Positions 48,021-60,216 of a stretch of DNA of 64,000 nucleotides are shown piece after piece. The first letter of the stretch is position 1, and each line of letters begins with the position of its first letter. The position numbers were made by a program, and so were the translations under genes. This DNA comes from Mobula hypostoma. Its lineage: Eukaryota. The stretch lies in the NCBI RefSeq assembly GCF_963921235.1, contig NC_086108.1, positions 93,994,001-94,058,000 of the forward strand, in the 5' to 3' direction. Under the pieces are notes generated by a model. It saw nothing but the letters and a program-made list of their open reading frames with translations. It searched no databases and was not told the origin of the DNA.

Positions 48021-49920
48021 CACACGTGGTACTTCTAGTCTCATGTGCTGCATGCGATGTTCACTGTGTGGTCTCCTCTGCACTGGAAAAACCAAGCACA
48101 TTGGGTGAGTGTTTTGTGGAACGTTAGTTTCTAGTTTGGCAGTTAACCTGAGATTCCACTATAAATCTCCATCCCACTCGGTCCAATGTTATAGGGAGGT
48201 TCAGACCAAGCTTGAGGAACATAAATCAAAGCTTTGAGTACAGGAGTCGAGAGGTTATGTTGAAGTTGTACAAGACATTAGTGAGGACAATTCTGGTTGC
48301 CTACCAACAGAAAAGGTATCAAAAGCCTGAAGAAGTGCAGAGAAAATTTACAAGGTCGTTGCTGGGACTTGACCTGAATTATAGGAAAATATTGAATAGG
48401 ACTCTATTCTCTGGCATGCAGGAGAATGTGGGGAGATCTTTTAGAGGTACACAAAATTATGCAGGGTAGAGGTAGGTTAAATATAAAGAAGGCTAGAACT
48501 AGAGGTCATCGGTTTAGGGTGAAAGGTGAAATGTTCAAGGAGAATCTGAGGGGGAACCACTCAGAGGATGACGAAAGAGTGGAACGTGCTGCCAGCAGAA
48601 GTGGTGGATGCAGGTTCAACTGTAATACTTAAGAGAAATTTGGATAGGTACATGGATGAGAGGGGTTGAGATGGATACAGTCCGGTTGCAGGTAGATGGG
48701 ACTTAGCAGAGGATTAGGTCAACATGGGTGAATGGCCTGTTTCTGTGCTGTAGGACCCTATGACAGCATTTCATTTTCCTTCTGGGTATGTTGCACCCTT
48801 CTGGACACACTATTAAACTCTATAACTTCAGGTGTCTTAATTTCTCAGTCTGTAATAATAACCCAACTTTGATATGAGTTCAGCTTGTTTTTCTTTCCTC
48901 TGTGGGAGTGGAGGGCTTGGCATGTCCACGTGCTCTGCATTTTACAACTCTCACCTTCTTCTGTCACCCACCAGCCTCTCTCTCTCTTAACTCGTCGCCC
49001 ACCTATTTCCATTGACCAATCATCCCACCACCTCACTTCATTCCATCTATCACCTACTAGCCCCACCTCATTCCTCTTTTCACCTCTTTATACCCAATGT
49101 CATCCTTCCTCTTCACCTTTATACCCTGTCTCATCCCTCCCCTTCGTCTCTTCCTGCCCGGTCCCGTCCCTCCCCTTCGTCTCTTCCTGCCCGGTCCCGT
49201 CCCTCCCCTTCGTCTCTTCCTGCCCGGTCCCGTCCCTCCCCTTCGTCTCTTCCTGCCCGGTCCCGTCCCTCCCCTTCGTCTCTTCCTGCCCCGTCCCGTC
49301 CCTCCCCTTCGTCTCTTCCTGCCCCGTCCCGTCCCTCCCCTTCGTCTCTTCCTGCCCCGTCCCGTCCCTCCCCTTCGTCTCTTCCTGCCCCGTCCCGTCC
49401 CTCCCCTTCGTCTCTTCCTGCCCCGTCCCGTCCCTCCCCTTCGTCTCTTCCTGCCCCGTCCCGTCCCTCCCCTTCGTCTCTTCCTGCCCCGTCCCGTCCC
49501 TCCCCTTCGTCTCTTCCTGCCCCGTCCCGTCCCTCCCCTTCGTCTCTTCCTGCCCCGTCCCGTCCCTCCCCTTCGTCTCTTCCTGCCCCGTCCCGTCCCT
49601 CCCCTTCACAGGTTTGTACACGACCGCCAAGCTCTTCCAGTAGTTTGTATATTGCTCCAGGTTTCATCCTCACAGGACTCGCCTTGTGTCTCACTCTCTG
49701 GCTTCTCCCATTCTCTCCTTGACTGGATAATTGTGTCTGCAGTTCATCCCTGGTGTCCTCCTGTCAGAGCCATTCCCCCTCGGTGCAGTTTAACAAGCTA
49801 CTTTTGCCTCCTTCCCAGTTCGGACAGAGGGTCTCCAACCAGAAATGTGGATTCTGCTTCTCTTCCAGCAGACGCACCCATGTTCTTGCTGGGTTTATCC
49901 AGCTTTCTTGTTTTGTTTTG
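48021..49920 (+). mobile_element. Old Neptune-type Penelope remnant containing a CR1 insertion (~48220-48765) and a minisatellite
   Basis: TSSLMCCMRCSLCGLLCTGKTK (degenerate GIY-YIG), QHFIFLLGMLHPSG after the CR1, pyrimidine-rich 3'UTR, degenerate pseudo-LTR at ~49815-49920. Confidence 0.65.
49134..49607. repeat. 33-bp minisatellite, ~14.4 copies, G-quadruplex motif on minus strand
   Basis: Unit tccctccccttcgtctcttcctgccc(g/c)gtcccg read directly. Confidence 0.98.
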
Positions 49921-50639
49921 GGTGACCTCGTGAGGGGGTGCAAAATGGGGTAGGAAGGGAAAGAAGGCACTCCGTCAGCCAGGGAGAGAGCGAGCCCATT
50001 GAGCCTGCTCCATCAATAAGATAATGGCTGGACTCCAATCCCCCAGCCTTTTCCCCGTAACACTTAATTCCCTTCCCAAGCAGAAAATCTATCTAACAGT
50101 TCTTGTATAGATGTAATGAGTTAGCCTCTACGTCCCTAGGCAGAGAATTCCACAGTTTCACTACCCTCTGGGGAAAAGCAGTTTCTCCTCATCTTCATCT
50201 CCTTTATCTGTTTCACCCCCCCCCCAGAATCCTGCGGCCATGTCCTCTAGTTCTAGTCTCGCTTACTGTCCCCCACTTCTGTAGGCAGCATATTCCACCC
50301 TCTCACCACCAACTGAGTGAAGTTCCCCTCAAATTCTCCTTAAATATTTCAACCTTTCAGCCTAAACTGATGGCCTCTAGTTCTAGTCTCTCCCAATTTG
50401 AACTGATAAAGCCTGCACACATTTTCCCTACCTGTACCCTGCATAATTTTGTGTACCTCTATAAGATCTCCCCTTATTCCCCTGCACGCCAGAGAATAGA
50501 ATCCTATTCAATCTTTTCCTATAATTCAGGTCAAGACCCAGCAACCTCCTTGTATTTTTTTTTCTGCACTCCTTCAAGCTTTTGATATTTTTTCTGTAGA
50601 CAGGCAACCAGAACAGCACACCGTACTCCATATTGTCCC

Positions 50640-51690
50640 GTCTTCAACGGTTCCCATGTGTTGAGGTCGTTGCCTGCCAACTTTATGTTGCACTTGCCGA
50701 CATCCCTGTAGCAGAGGCATGGTCTTCCTCATGGGCGGTAACCCTCTCTCAGGTCGCCATGCAGCATGTCCGTGGGAATCCATCCATTTGACATGGCCCA
50801 ACCGTCCGAGGTGTCTGTGGCTCAGTAATGCGTGGATGCTGGAGATGTCAGCTTGCCGCTGAATCTCTGTGTTGGTGATTCTTTCCTGCCAGGAGATGTG
50901 CAAGATGTACCTGAGGCAGGGTAGGTGGAACGAGTTTGGCCTCTTCTCTTGGCTGATGTATGGCGTCCAGGCCTCTCTGACGTAGAGGACTGTGCTGCAC
51001 ACGCACGCCTGGTGTACACGCACAGCTTGGTCTTCTTTGTCAGCTGTCTGTTGTTCCACACTCTCTTGTTCAGTCTGGCCATGACAGCCGCAGCTTAGGC
51101 AATCCTACTGTTTGCCACCGCTTCGAGCTAGTGAAGGTCGACCCAAGATAGGTGAAGGAGTTGACTACATGAAGAGAGGGTGATGTTTTTTGGGGGGAGA
51201 TTCTGCACCCTGGGCCATGACGTTTGTCTTCAGACTGCTGGTTAACCCAAACTCTTTGCAGGCGTGGGCGAAGCGGTTGTTCAGTTGTTGGAGTCGGCCC
51301 TTGGTGTGTGACGTCAATGCTACGTCACCTGCAAACAGCATCTCACGGATGAGGGCTGTCCTGACTTTGGTCTTGTAGCGCATGCGAGCCATGCTGAACA
51401 GCTTGCCATCAGTTCTTGTGCGAAGGGAGATGCCTTCAGTGCAGTCTGCGAAAAGCACGGTGACGGAGCCTGGGGGAGAAGAGGGTCGGAGTCAGGACAC
51501 AACCTTGTTTCACCCCGCTGATCACTGGGGAGGCATCAGAAGCAGACGGTGCTGTGTATGTCCTTGTGGAAGGATGATGCAATGCTGCACAGACTTGGGG
51601 GACAGTTTGAAGAGTCCACTCCTGCTGATGAGGTCGAACGCCTTGGTCAAATCAACAAAAGCTGTCTGCAGTGGCTTCTGCTGTAGGGTT
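50640..51690 (-). mobile_element. RTE-clade LINE reverse transcriptase remnant
   Basis: FVDLTKAFDL, GVKQGCVL, RTRTDGKLFS..IREMLFAGDVAL, RLNKRVW...STVLY..EAWT...LRYILHISWQERITN; many frameshifts. Confidence 0.9.
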
Positions 51691-52380
51691 CTTTGCCATA
51701 GGGAGTTAGAGGGTAGTTTACCACCACTCTGGGATATTTATAAATGGGCAGTAAATGCCAAAATACTTAGATAAACTTGAACTGAAATGCTGGTTGCCAA
51801 TACCTCTTTGGGGATAAAATCCAACATCCTTATTGACTGCTGAGAACCCATGCTCTGATCTGCGAAATTCATTACCACAGGCAGATATGGAGGCCAAGCC
51901 CTTGAGTGTACTTAAAGCAGAGCTTGACAGGTTCTTGATTAGTAAGTGCATCAAAGGTTATGGGGAGAAGGCAGAATGGAGTTGAAAGGGACAATAACTC
52001 AGCAGTGATGGAATGGTGGAGCAGACTCAGTGGATTGAATGGCCTAATTCTGCTCCTATCTCTTGTGGTCTTATGGCTACTCAAAGCAGAATGGTGCTGA
52101 GAACTTTTAAATGCATACGTGTAGTGCACACAGAAGCCCAGCATAAACAGTGCAAGGTCAGAATCAGAATCAAGTTTATTATCACTGAGGTAGGTCATGA
52201 CAATTGTTGTTTTGTGGCAGCAAGTACAGTGCAATATTACAATTGTAAATTACATGTATATATCTACACTATCTCACTATTTTGATAGATATAAATGTTT
52301 TATATATATATATATATATGTATATAATATGAATAAAACAAGTCATGCAAAAATCGTGAGATGGACCATTCAGAAACCTG

Positions 52381-52800
52381 ACGGTAGCAATGAGAAGAGG
52401 GCGTGTCCTGGGTGGTTCAGTCACGGTAGCAATGAGAAGAGGGCGTGTCCTGGGTGGTTCAGTCACGGTAGCAATGAGAAGAGGGCGTGTCCTGGGTGGT
52501 TCAGTCACGGTAGCAATGAGAAGAGGGCGTGTCCTGGGTGGTTCAGTCATGGTAGCAATGAGAAGAGGGCGTGTCCTGGGTGGTTCAGTCATGGTAGCAA
52601 TGAGAAGAGGGCGTGTCCTGGGTGGTTCAGTCACGGTAGCAATGAGAAGAGGGCGTGTCCTGGGTGGTTCAGTCATGGTAGCAATGAGAAGAGGGCGTGT
52701 CCTGGGTGGTTCAGTCACGGTAGCAATGAGAAGAGGGCGTGTCCTGGGTGGTTCAGTCATGGTAGCAATGAGAAGAGGGCGTGTCCTGGGTGGTTCAGTC
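52381..52800. repeat. 42-bp tandem repeat, 10 copies, inside a Rex1-type LINE tail
   Basis: Unit a(c/t)ggtagcaatgagaagagggcgtgtcctgggtggttcagtc, no spacers. Confidence 0.98.
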
Positions 52801-53594
52801 CTTAATCATGGATGCTGCCTTTTTGAGGCATCACCTTTTGAAGATGTCCTGGATGGTGGTGAGGCTCGTGCTGAGGGTACCTTCAGCAGCTTCTGCCGAT
52901 CCTGTGCAGATCTCCATACCAGACAGCGATGCATCTGGTCCAACGGTACATCATCTGTAGAAATTTGCGAGAGTCTTTGGCGATAAACCAAGCTGCCAAC
53001 CTGCCTGTCCATCAGCCACCTCGGGTGCTGAGCTCTGTGGTAATCGACTTACTCTTGTCACCGAGGTATGGTAGAAAAACTTTGTTTTGCACACCATTCA
53101 TACGGAACATTTCTTCACATCTGTACATCGAGGTATTATCGGGAAAAGTGTAGAGTCCACGGAGGGGAGGCTGGTTTTGTGATGAGCTGGGCTGCGTCCG
53201 CAACACTGCGGTTTCTTGTGGTCACGGGCAGAGAAGTTGCCGTAGCAATCTGCGGTGCATCTGGACAGGATGGTTTCCATGGTGCTTGGATAAAAATTGG
53301 CTTGCAATTTGGTCTCATCACTCAGATTCAGATTAGTTATATACATTAGAGCACAATGCAATTCCTTTTCTAATGTGAACCTCGCCGTAAACATGGAAGT
53401 AATAGAATATAGAACATGATGTTATGTCGACCTTTTAACCTATTCCAAGATCAATCTAATGCTGTCCTCCTGCATAGCCCTCCATTTTTCTTTCATTCAT
53501 ATACCAATCTAAGAGTCTCTTAAATGTACTTCATGTATCACTGGCACCCATGGCAGCTCATTCCACGCACCCACCGCTCTGTTCAAAGACATCC

Positions 53595-54170
53595 ATATAA
53601 ACATATAACAATTACAGCATGGAAACAGGCCATCTCAGCCCTTCTAGTCCGTGCTGAACTCTTACTCTCACCTAGTCCCACCGACCCGCACTCAGCCCAT
53701 ATCCCTCCATTCCTTTCCTGTCCATATAGCTGTCCAATTTAACTTTAAACGACAACATCGAACCTGCCTCAACCACTTCTGCTGGAAGCTCGTTCCACAC
53801 AGCTACCACTCTCTGAGTAAAGAAGTTCCCCCCCATGTTACCCCTAAACTTTTGCCCTTTAACTCTCAACTCCTGTCCTCTTGTTTGAATCTCCCCCATT
53901 CTCAATGGAAAAACCCTATCCATGTCAACTCTATCTATCCCCCTCACAATTTTAAATACCTCTATCAAGTCCCCCCTCAACCCCCTACGTTCCAAAGAAT
54001 AAAGACCCAACTTGTTCAACCTTTCTCTGTAACTTAGGTGATGAAACCCAGGTAACATTCTAGTAAATCTTCTCTGTACTCTCTCTATTTTGTTGACATC
54101 TTTCCTATAATTCGGTGACTAAAACTGTACACAATACTCCAAATTTGGCCTCACCAATGCCTTGTACAAT
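53595..54170 (-). mobile_element. Young CR1 LINE 3' end
   Basis: MLPGFHHLSYRERLNKLGLYSLERR.LRGDLIEVFKI...; same subfamily as 7631-8075. Confidence 0.93.
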
Positions 54171-55287
54171 CCACCCTATACTTTCCTCCAGTGCCCTATA
54201 AACTCTCTTGGATTAACAATTGGTGCTGGCTGTCCAGTTGATCTAGGCCTCTTATCTTAAATACAATAGAGCAAGTTCAAGAGCAAGGGGATACTGCGAA
54301 GAACAATGGGATGGTGAATGGTCACTTCCAAAGCTGCAAAACGGAAGTGGCAGCAAGTTACCTTTGATCTTGATTGAGGAGGTCGAGGGGTATGGGAAAG
54401 TGTCAATGTAAAAGAAAAACTACCAAGAGTTTGTCATACCATCACTACTCACACAAGGTGAAAAAGTGACATGTATTAATCAATGGGTCTTGTGTCTGAA
54501 TTTTCAAAACTGCCTTTGTCTGTTAGAAGTTGATTGTCTTTCCTTCTGGATGTTGATCAGAAACTAAACTGACCCCAAGGCAACAATCCCTTATCTGAGC
54601 TCCAGTTGGTAAAGAAAGAGGAGGGGCTGTGTGTCCTATACCCATCCCTATTAGTTGTCCAGCAGGGGCTTCAGTGCCTGTTGTCTCTGGGTCCCTTTAA
54701 TTTAACAAAGGAGCTAAATCATGAATGACCCTTGCCAAACATCTTGCATGCTTCAGTCTGACCCACTGCGCAAATCTAATCTAAATAGGTAGAGGAATCA
54801 GGGTCTGGGGAGGGTTTACTCCAAACCCAATTTTCAGAAAATAGTTTGCAGCAACGTTATCAATCCAGTGTAATGCAAGTGTATAGAAATTGGAAAGTGT
54901 TGCCATATTGGAAATGTCTTCATTAGGAGACAGAGGCCCATAATAGCCAATCAGCAGCTACATCAGTGCATTGTGAGGCACAGTAGGGGACGTCTTTACA
55001 AATGCTAAAAGCTTTTGATGTTTGTTTCCTTCTGTCCTATAGAGCTGGCTGAGTAAACTGAAGGCTGTTTAATTTCTCTGATTGCCCCTAATATTCGTAG
55101 GCAAGTACAGGTGTTCTCCTTGATGGAGAGACAAGACTTGGAAATGCAATATGCTAATATGCTAAAAAGATGATAAACATTGTACTTCCTTTTCTATTGA
55201 TGCCCTGCAACCCAGCATTGTAACATAGGGGCTGGATGGTGGTAGATTGTATTGATGCTATACCAAGTAGTCAAGTATCTGGTGACC

Positions 55288-55422
55288 CACACAAAATGCG
55301 GGAGGAACTCAGCAGGCTAGGGAGCATCTATAGAGAGGAATAAACGTTCAACGTTTCGGGCCGAGGCTTTTCATCAGGACTCGTTAGTGCTGATGAAGGG
55401 TCTCGGTCTGAAACATTGACTG
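55288..55422. mobile_element. Penelope-like fold-back with two divergent hammerhead motifs
   Basis: Minus agtc-CTGATGA-aaagcctcggccc-GAAAC-GTT (55381-55346); plus tagtg-CTGATGA-agggtctcggtct-GAAAC-ATT-gactg (55385-55422). Confidence 0.82.
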
Positions 55423-58392
55423 AAAATGGAAAATTCCACAGAGTAGTGCAAAGGGCCGGGTCCTTCACAGGTAAAGCCCTCCCCACCGTTGAGCACATCT
55501 ATACGGAGCGTTGTCGCAAGAAAGCAGCATCCATCACTCGGGACCCCCACCATCCAGACCATGCTCTCTTCTCACTGCTGCCTTCAGGAAGAAGGCACAG
55601 GAGCCTCAGATCCCACACCACCAGGTTCAGGAACAGTTATTACTTCTCAACCATCAAGTTCTTGAACCAGAGGGCATAACCTCACTTAACTTCACCTGCT
55701 CCATCACTGAGCTGTTCCTTCAACCTATGGACTCACTTTCAAGGACTCCTCATCTCATATTTTTTGCTTGTTTATTGTCACCTATTATTATTTCCTTTTG
55801 CATTTGCACAGTTTGCTTTCTTTTGCACAGTAGTTTATCTGCTCTGTTGGTGTGGTCTTCACTGATTCTATTATGGTTATTCAGTATGCTCACAAGAAAG
55901 TGAATCTCAGGGATGTATATGGTGACATATATAAATTTATTTGATAATAAATTTACTTTGAGCTTTCAAGCAACACACATCAAAATTGCTGGTGAACGCA
56001 GCAGGCCAGGCAGCATCTCTCGGAGGAGGAACAGTCGACGCTTCAGGCCGAGACCCTAGGGTGAACCCTCTCATGCAGTTGAACAAGTGGCATTTTGCTG
56101 CCTGGAGTGAACAGGAAGAGTTATTTTCACATACATACCACCTTTCTATGACTTTGTCTAAAAATGTTTTGTGTCAAAAGCCTGCTTAACGTTCACTCTC
56201 AAGGTTTACGGTTGATAAAGAGTAAAACAATCCAAGTTTGCCCACTTATTATCGAAGTACACTTATTATCGAAGTATGCATACATCATACAACCTTGAGA
56301 TTTGTCTCCTTACAGGCAGCCATGAAATAGGAAACGCAAAAGAACCCATTTTTGAAAGAAACATCAAACTCCCAATGTGCATAGAAACAAAAACAAATCC
56401 TGCAAACAATCAAAGTAATGAGAGAAGTAACAATAAGAAAAGATAGCCACATTTCTGGAAGGATGTGCGGTGTTTGGAGAAGATGCCAAAGAGATTCATC
56501 AGGACACTTCTGGATTAGAGAGTATTAGCTCCAAGGAGAGAGTGGGCAAACTTGGATTGTTTTCTCTGGAGCATCAGAGGCGGAGGGAAGTCTTGATGGA
56601 GGTTTATAAAATTAGGAGAGGCATAGATAGGGTAGGTAGTTAGTCTTTTCACCAGGGGTAGGAATGTCTCGTACAGGAGGACATGGCTTTAATGTGAGAG
56701 AGGTGGAAGTTTAAAGGAGATGTGCGTGGTAGGTTTTGCTTACACAGTGGTAGATGGTCGTGTCAGGGGTGGTGATGGAAATGGGCACAATAGTGGTGAT
56801 TTAGAGGGATATGGATCCTGGGTTTAGTTTAATTTGGTATCACAAAAGACACAGGCAGTGTGGGCCAAAGGGCATTTCCTGTGCTGTGCTGTTTGATTTG
56901 TCAAGATCTAGGCTGTTACTGGTGCTGTGTAATTTAATGCAGGAGATCAGGCCTTTATTTGTTTCCCGTTCATCTGCTGGTGAGAGATGATGTGGGAATG
57001 GACGATGGCCATACTATCAGAGGGTGTCGATTGAGTGTCAGGAAAACCAGGAGGAACAAGAATATTGCTGGAAAAGTGAACTGTGATCCACTAGACGTAG
57101 GAGCAGAATTAGGCCTTTTGGCCCATGGAGTCTGCTCTGCTGCAATAGTTATGGAGTACCATGCAATGTCCATCAGGACTCTTGTTCAAGACCTAGTCCG
57201 AGACATAGAAGATTCTAGAATAAAGATTAAATAAGATCTTAAAGAAGAAGATTAGTTTTATTTTTCACATGTACATCGAAACATTTAGTGAAATTCACCG
57301 TTAGTGTCAAATCAAATCAGCAAGGATTGCACTGGACTGCCCACAAATGTCACCATGCTTCTGGCACTAACATAGCAGGCCCACAACTCACTAACCCTAT
57401 CTGTATGTCTCTGCAATGTGGGGGGAAACCAGAGGAAAGCCACAGCGAAAACATTCTGTGGAAGCTAAGTCACTGGGTATATCTAAGGCAGAGGTTGATA
57501 GATTCTTGATTGGTCAGGGCATGAAGGGATACGGGGGAAGGCAGAAGATTGGGGCTGAGAGGGAAAATGGATCAGCCATGATGAAATGGCGAGCAGACTT
57601 GATGGGCCAAATGGCCTGATTCTGCTCCTATATCTGACAGTCTTCTGGTCATACAGGCAGGAATTGAATCCCAACTGAGAATTGCTGGTGCTATAAAGTG
57701 ATTCTGTAACCGCTAAGTAAATGTGAGATAAAACAAAGTTTAAATGATGACGATGCCCACGATCGGATGTGCTGCATGTTTTCAAAAGAATGGGGTTTGG
57801 ACCCAACACTGAATACTGGTTGTTAGTCATTCCATGTGTTTGTAATATAATTCAGTGATACTTGACTCATTTAAATGCAAAATTCCTGAACTCCCAGGTG
57901 TGAAAACTGATATGATACTTTGAGAATAACTCTGACACTTGCAGAACAATGTACGTTTTGTTCGGTGTTATCTGACTGTAAAACCCACCAAAGGTATAAT
58001 GACAAACGGATTTTGATGGGCTGCTGATAAGTGGAAGCTTGCAGTGGCAGTTGACTACTCAAGAATCACACTCGCAGTGAAAGAACACACTTAAATACCC
58101 ATACTGTGTACAGCAGGTAGGGATATCCATGATATAATGGGTTTCCCTGAAGATACTGAGATGTACACTGATCTTGCAGCGCCTTAGAAGGTTAACTTAG
58201 GCCACTACCGTAAAAACAGAATTTAATCAGCTACAGTGGAGACACGAGAGACTGGAAGTGCTCAGATTCGGAGCAACAAACACCCTACAGGGGGAACTCA
58301 GTGAGTTGAACTGAATCTGGTGCAGGATTTCAACCCAAAATGCCAACAATTTCTTTTCCCTTCCACAAATGTTCAATTCAGAGTTCAAAGAC

Positions 58393-58803
58393 CATTCATT
58401 CGTAAGGCCAGTGATGTTGTGGGGATGGAACTGGACTCTCTCACGGTGGTGTCTGAAAAGAGGATGCTGTCCAAGTTGCATGCCATCTTGGACAATGTCT
58501 CCCATCCACTACATAATGTACTGGGTGGGCACAGGAGTACATTCAGCCAGAGACTCATTCCACCGAGATGCAACACAGAGCGTCATAGGAAGTCATTCCT
58601 GCCTGTGGCCATCAAACTTTACAACTCCTCCCTTGGAGGGTCAGACACCCTGAGCCAATAGGCTGGTCCTGGACTTATTTCATAATTTACTGGCATAATT
58701 TACATATTACTATTTAACTATTACTATTTATTATTTATGGTGCAACTGTAACGAAAACCAATTTCCCCCGGGATCAATAAAGTATGACTATGACTATGAC
58801 TAT
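58393..58803 (+). mobile_element. Rex1-type LINE 3' end with (TATGAC)n tail
   Basis: IRKASDVVGMELDSL..RMLSKLHAILDNVSHPLH...CNTERHRKSFLPVAIKLYN; aataaa then tatgactatgactatgac. Confidence 0.88.
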
Positions 58804-59469
58804 TTATTATCAAAGTTACACAACCTTGAGATTTGTCTCCTAATAGGCAGCCACGAAACAAAGAAGCCCAAAAGAACCTATATATAAAAGAAGACTGTCG
58901 AGCACCAATGTACAGAGAATAAAAAAACACCATGCCCATTTAAAAAAAGACCGTTGAACACCCGATGTGCAGAGAAAACAAACACATTATGCAAACAATA
59001 ACCGCAAGCAAGCAAATGGCGTTCTGAAGTGAATTTGGTGAGTCAGAAAATGGTCGAAGGCTCTGGTTTGGCATGTCCAGAGGCCCAAAGTCTACGGGTC
59101 CGGGCCAGGGACTAGAGGTTGGAAGCCTGACCTCGGGTTTGCGTGTTGTGTGTGTCTGTGTGAGGGGACTTGTTGGTGTCGCTCTGCTGTATATTGCCAG
59201 CCTGCTCTGATACCAGAATGTGTGCCAACACTTGTGGGCTGAACCCAGTACCTGCTCAGGTTGTGTTGACTGTTAACGCAAATGACACATTTAACTTTAT
59301 GCTTCAATGTACACCAGATAAATATGAATCTGTAGTATAGCTGGGTGTGGGGAATGTCAGACGGGACTGTAGTCAAACACTGCCAATTCTTACGCATTGC
59401 CCTGAGGTCTGCCTGTTCGGTGGCCTGGTGTGACTATCACGTCATGTCTCAGGAGTTCACACTTCTGTT

Positions 59470-60216
59470 GCAGACATCCCACCTTGCAAAAACTCATTTC
59501 AGGGAGGTCTCAATCTCATAGCAGTCTGTGTCAATGAATTTGTTAATTTTGCAAGACATCAGATCTACAAGTGTTTTGTGAGACAGTTGAGTTCTGAATT
59601 CTGTCTTAATGTTACGCACCATGCTGAATGCCCTTTCTACATCACAGTTAGAATTTGGCAGCACCAAAAGCAGCTTCATCAACTGGCAGAGCTCTTTGAA
59701 TCTCAACTGCCCTGTGCTCACAGATTTTACTTTGGACAGCTTCCCCCAGAACTCATCAACTGGCAAACTTTTGTAGTTTGGCGCCAGTCCTTCAAGGTTA
59801 GTTGAGACATAATCCAGGACTCACCTCAACATGTCTTTTACAGTCATTTAACCCACCATGGGCAATAGAAAAGTCACTGTTGCAAACAGTGCAGCCAGCA
59901 ACACTGTCATTATTTTTGACCCCTGTTGGAACACTCTGCCATGGCGCTGCAGGACACTAAACTGAACTGATGGACAATGAAAGAGAGAGAGAGGTCGACT
60001 GTAAAGCCCACCTACAGAGAAAACTGATGGGTCTACTTAGCACAAAGAGAGACCAATCAGGATGCTCCCTCTGACACCTCCCCCCCCTTTCCCCCCCTTG
60101 CCCCTCCCTCAAAAAAAATCGATTTCGGGGATATTGTATATAATTTGCGGGCGTCAGGGAGCCACTATCAATATGCAGGAGACTCCCGGAACTTCTGGGA
60201 GAGGTGGGATGTCTGC
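59470..60216 (-). mobile_element. Internally deleted hAT-like transposon with C-terminal dimerisation-domain remnant (59494-59800)
   Basis: Perfect 15-bp TIR GCAGACATCCCACCT/AGGTGGGATGTCTGC; FWGKL...RFKELCQLMKLLLVLPNSNCDVERAFSMVRNIKTEFR. Confidence 0.85.

Noticed and set aside
48885..49933. Long ORFs of 176-278 aa on both strands
   Set aside because: Produced by a stop-free 33-bp minisatellite; no splice or homology support.
52381..52800. CRISPR-like array
   Set aside because: Units are contiguous with no unique spacers, derive from a LINE tail, and the context is eukaryotic with no cas genes.
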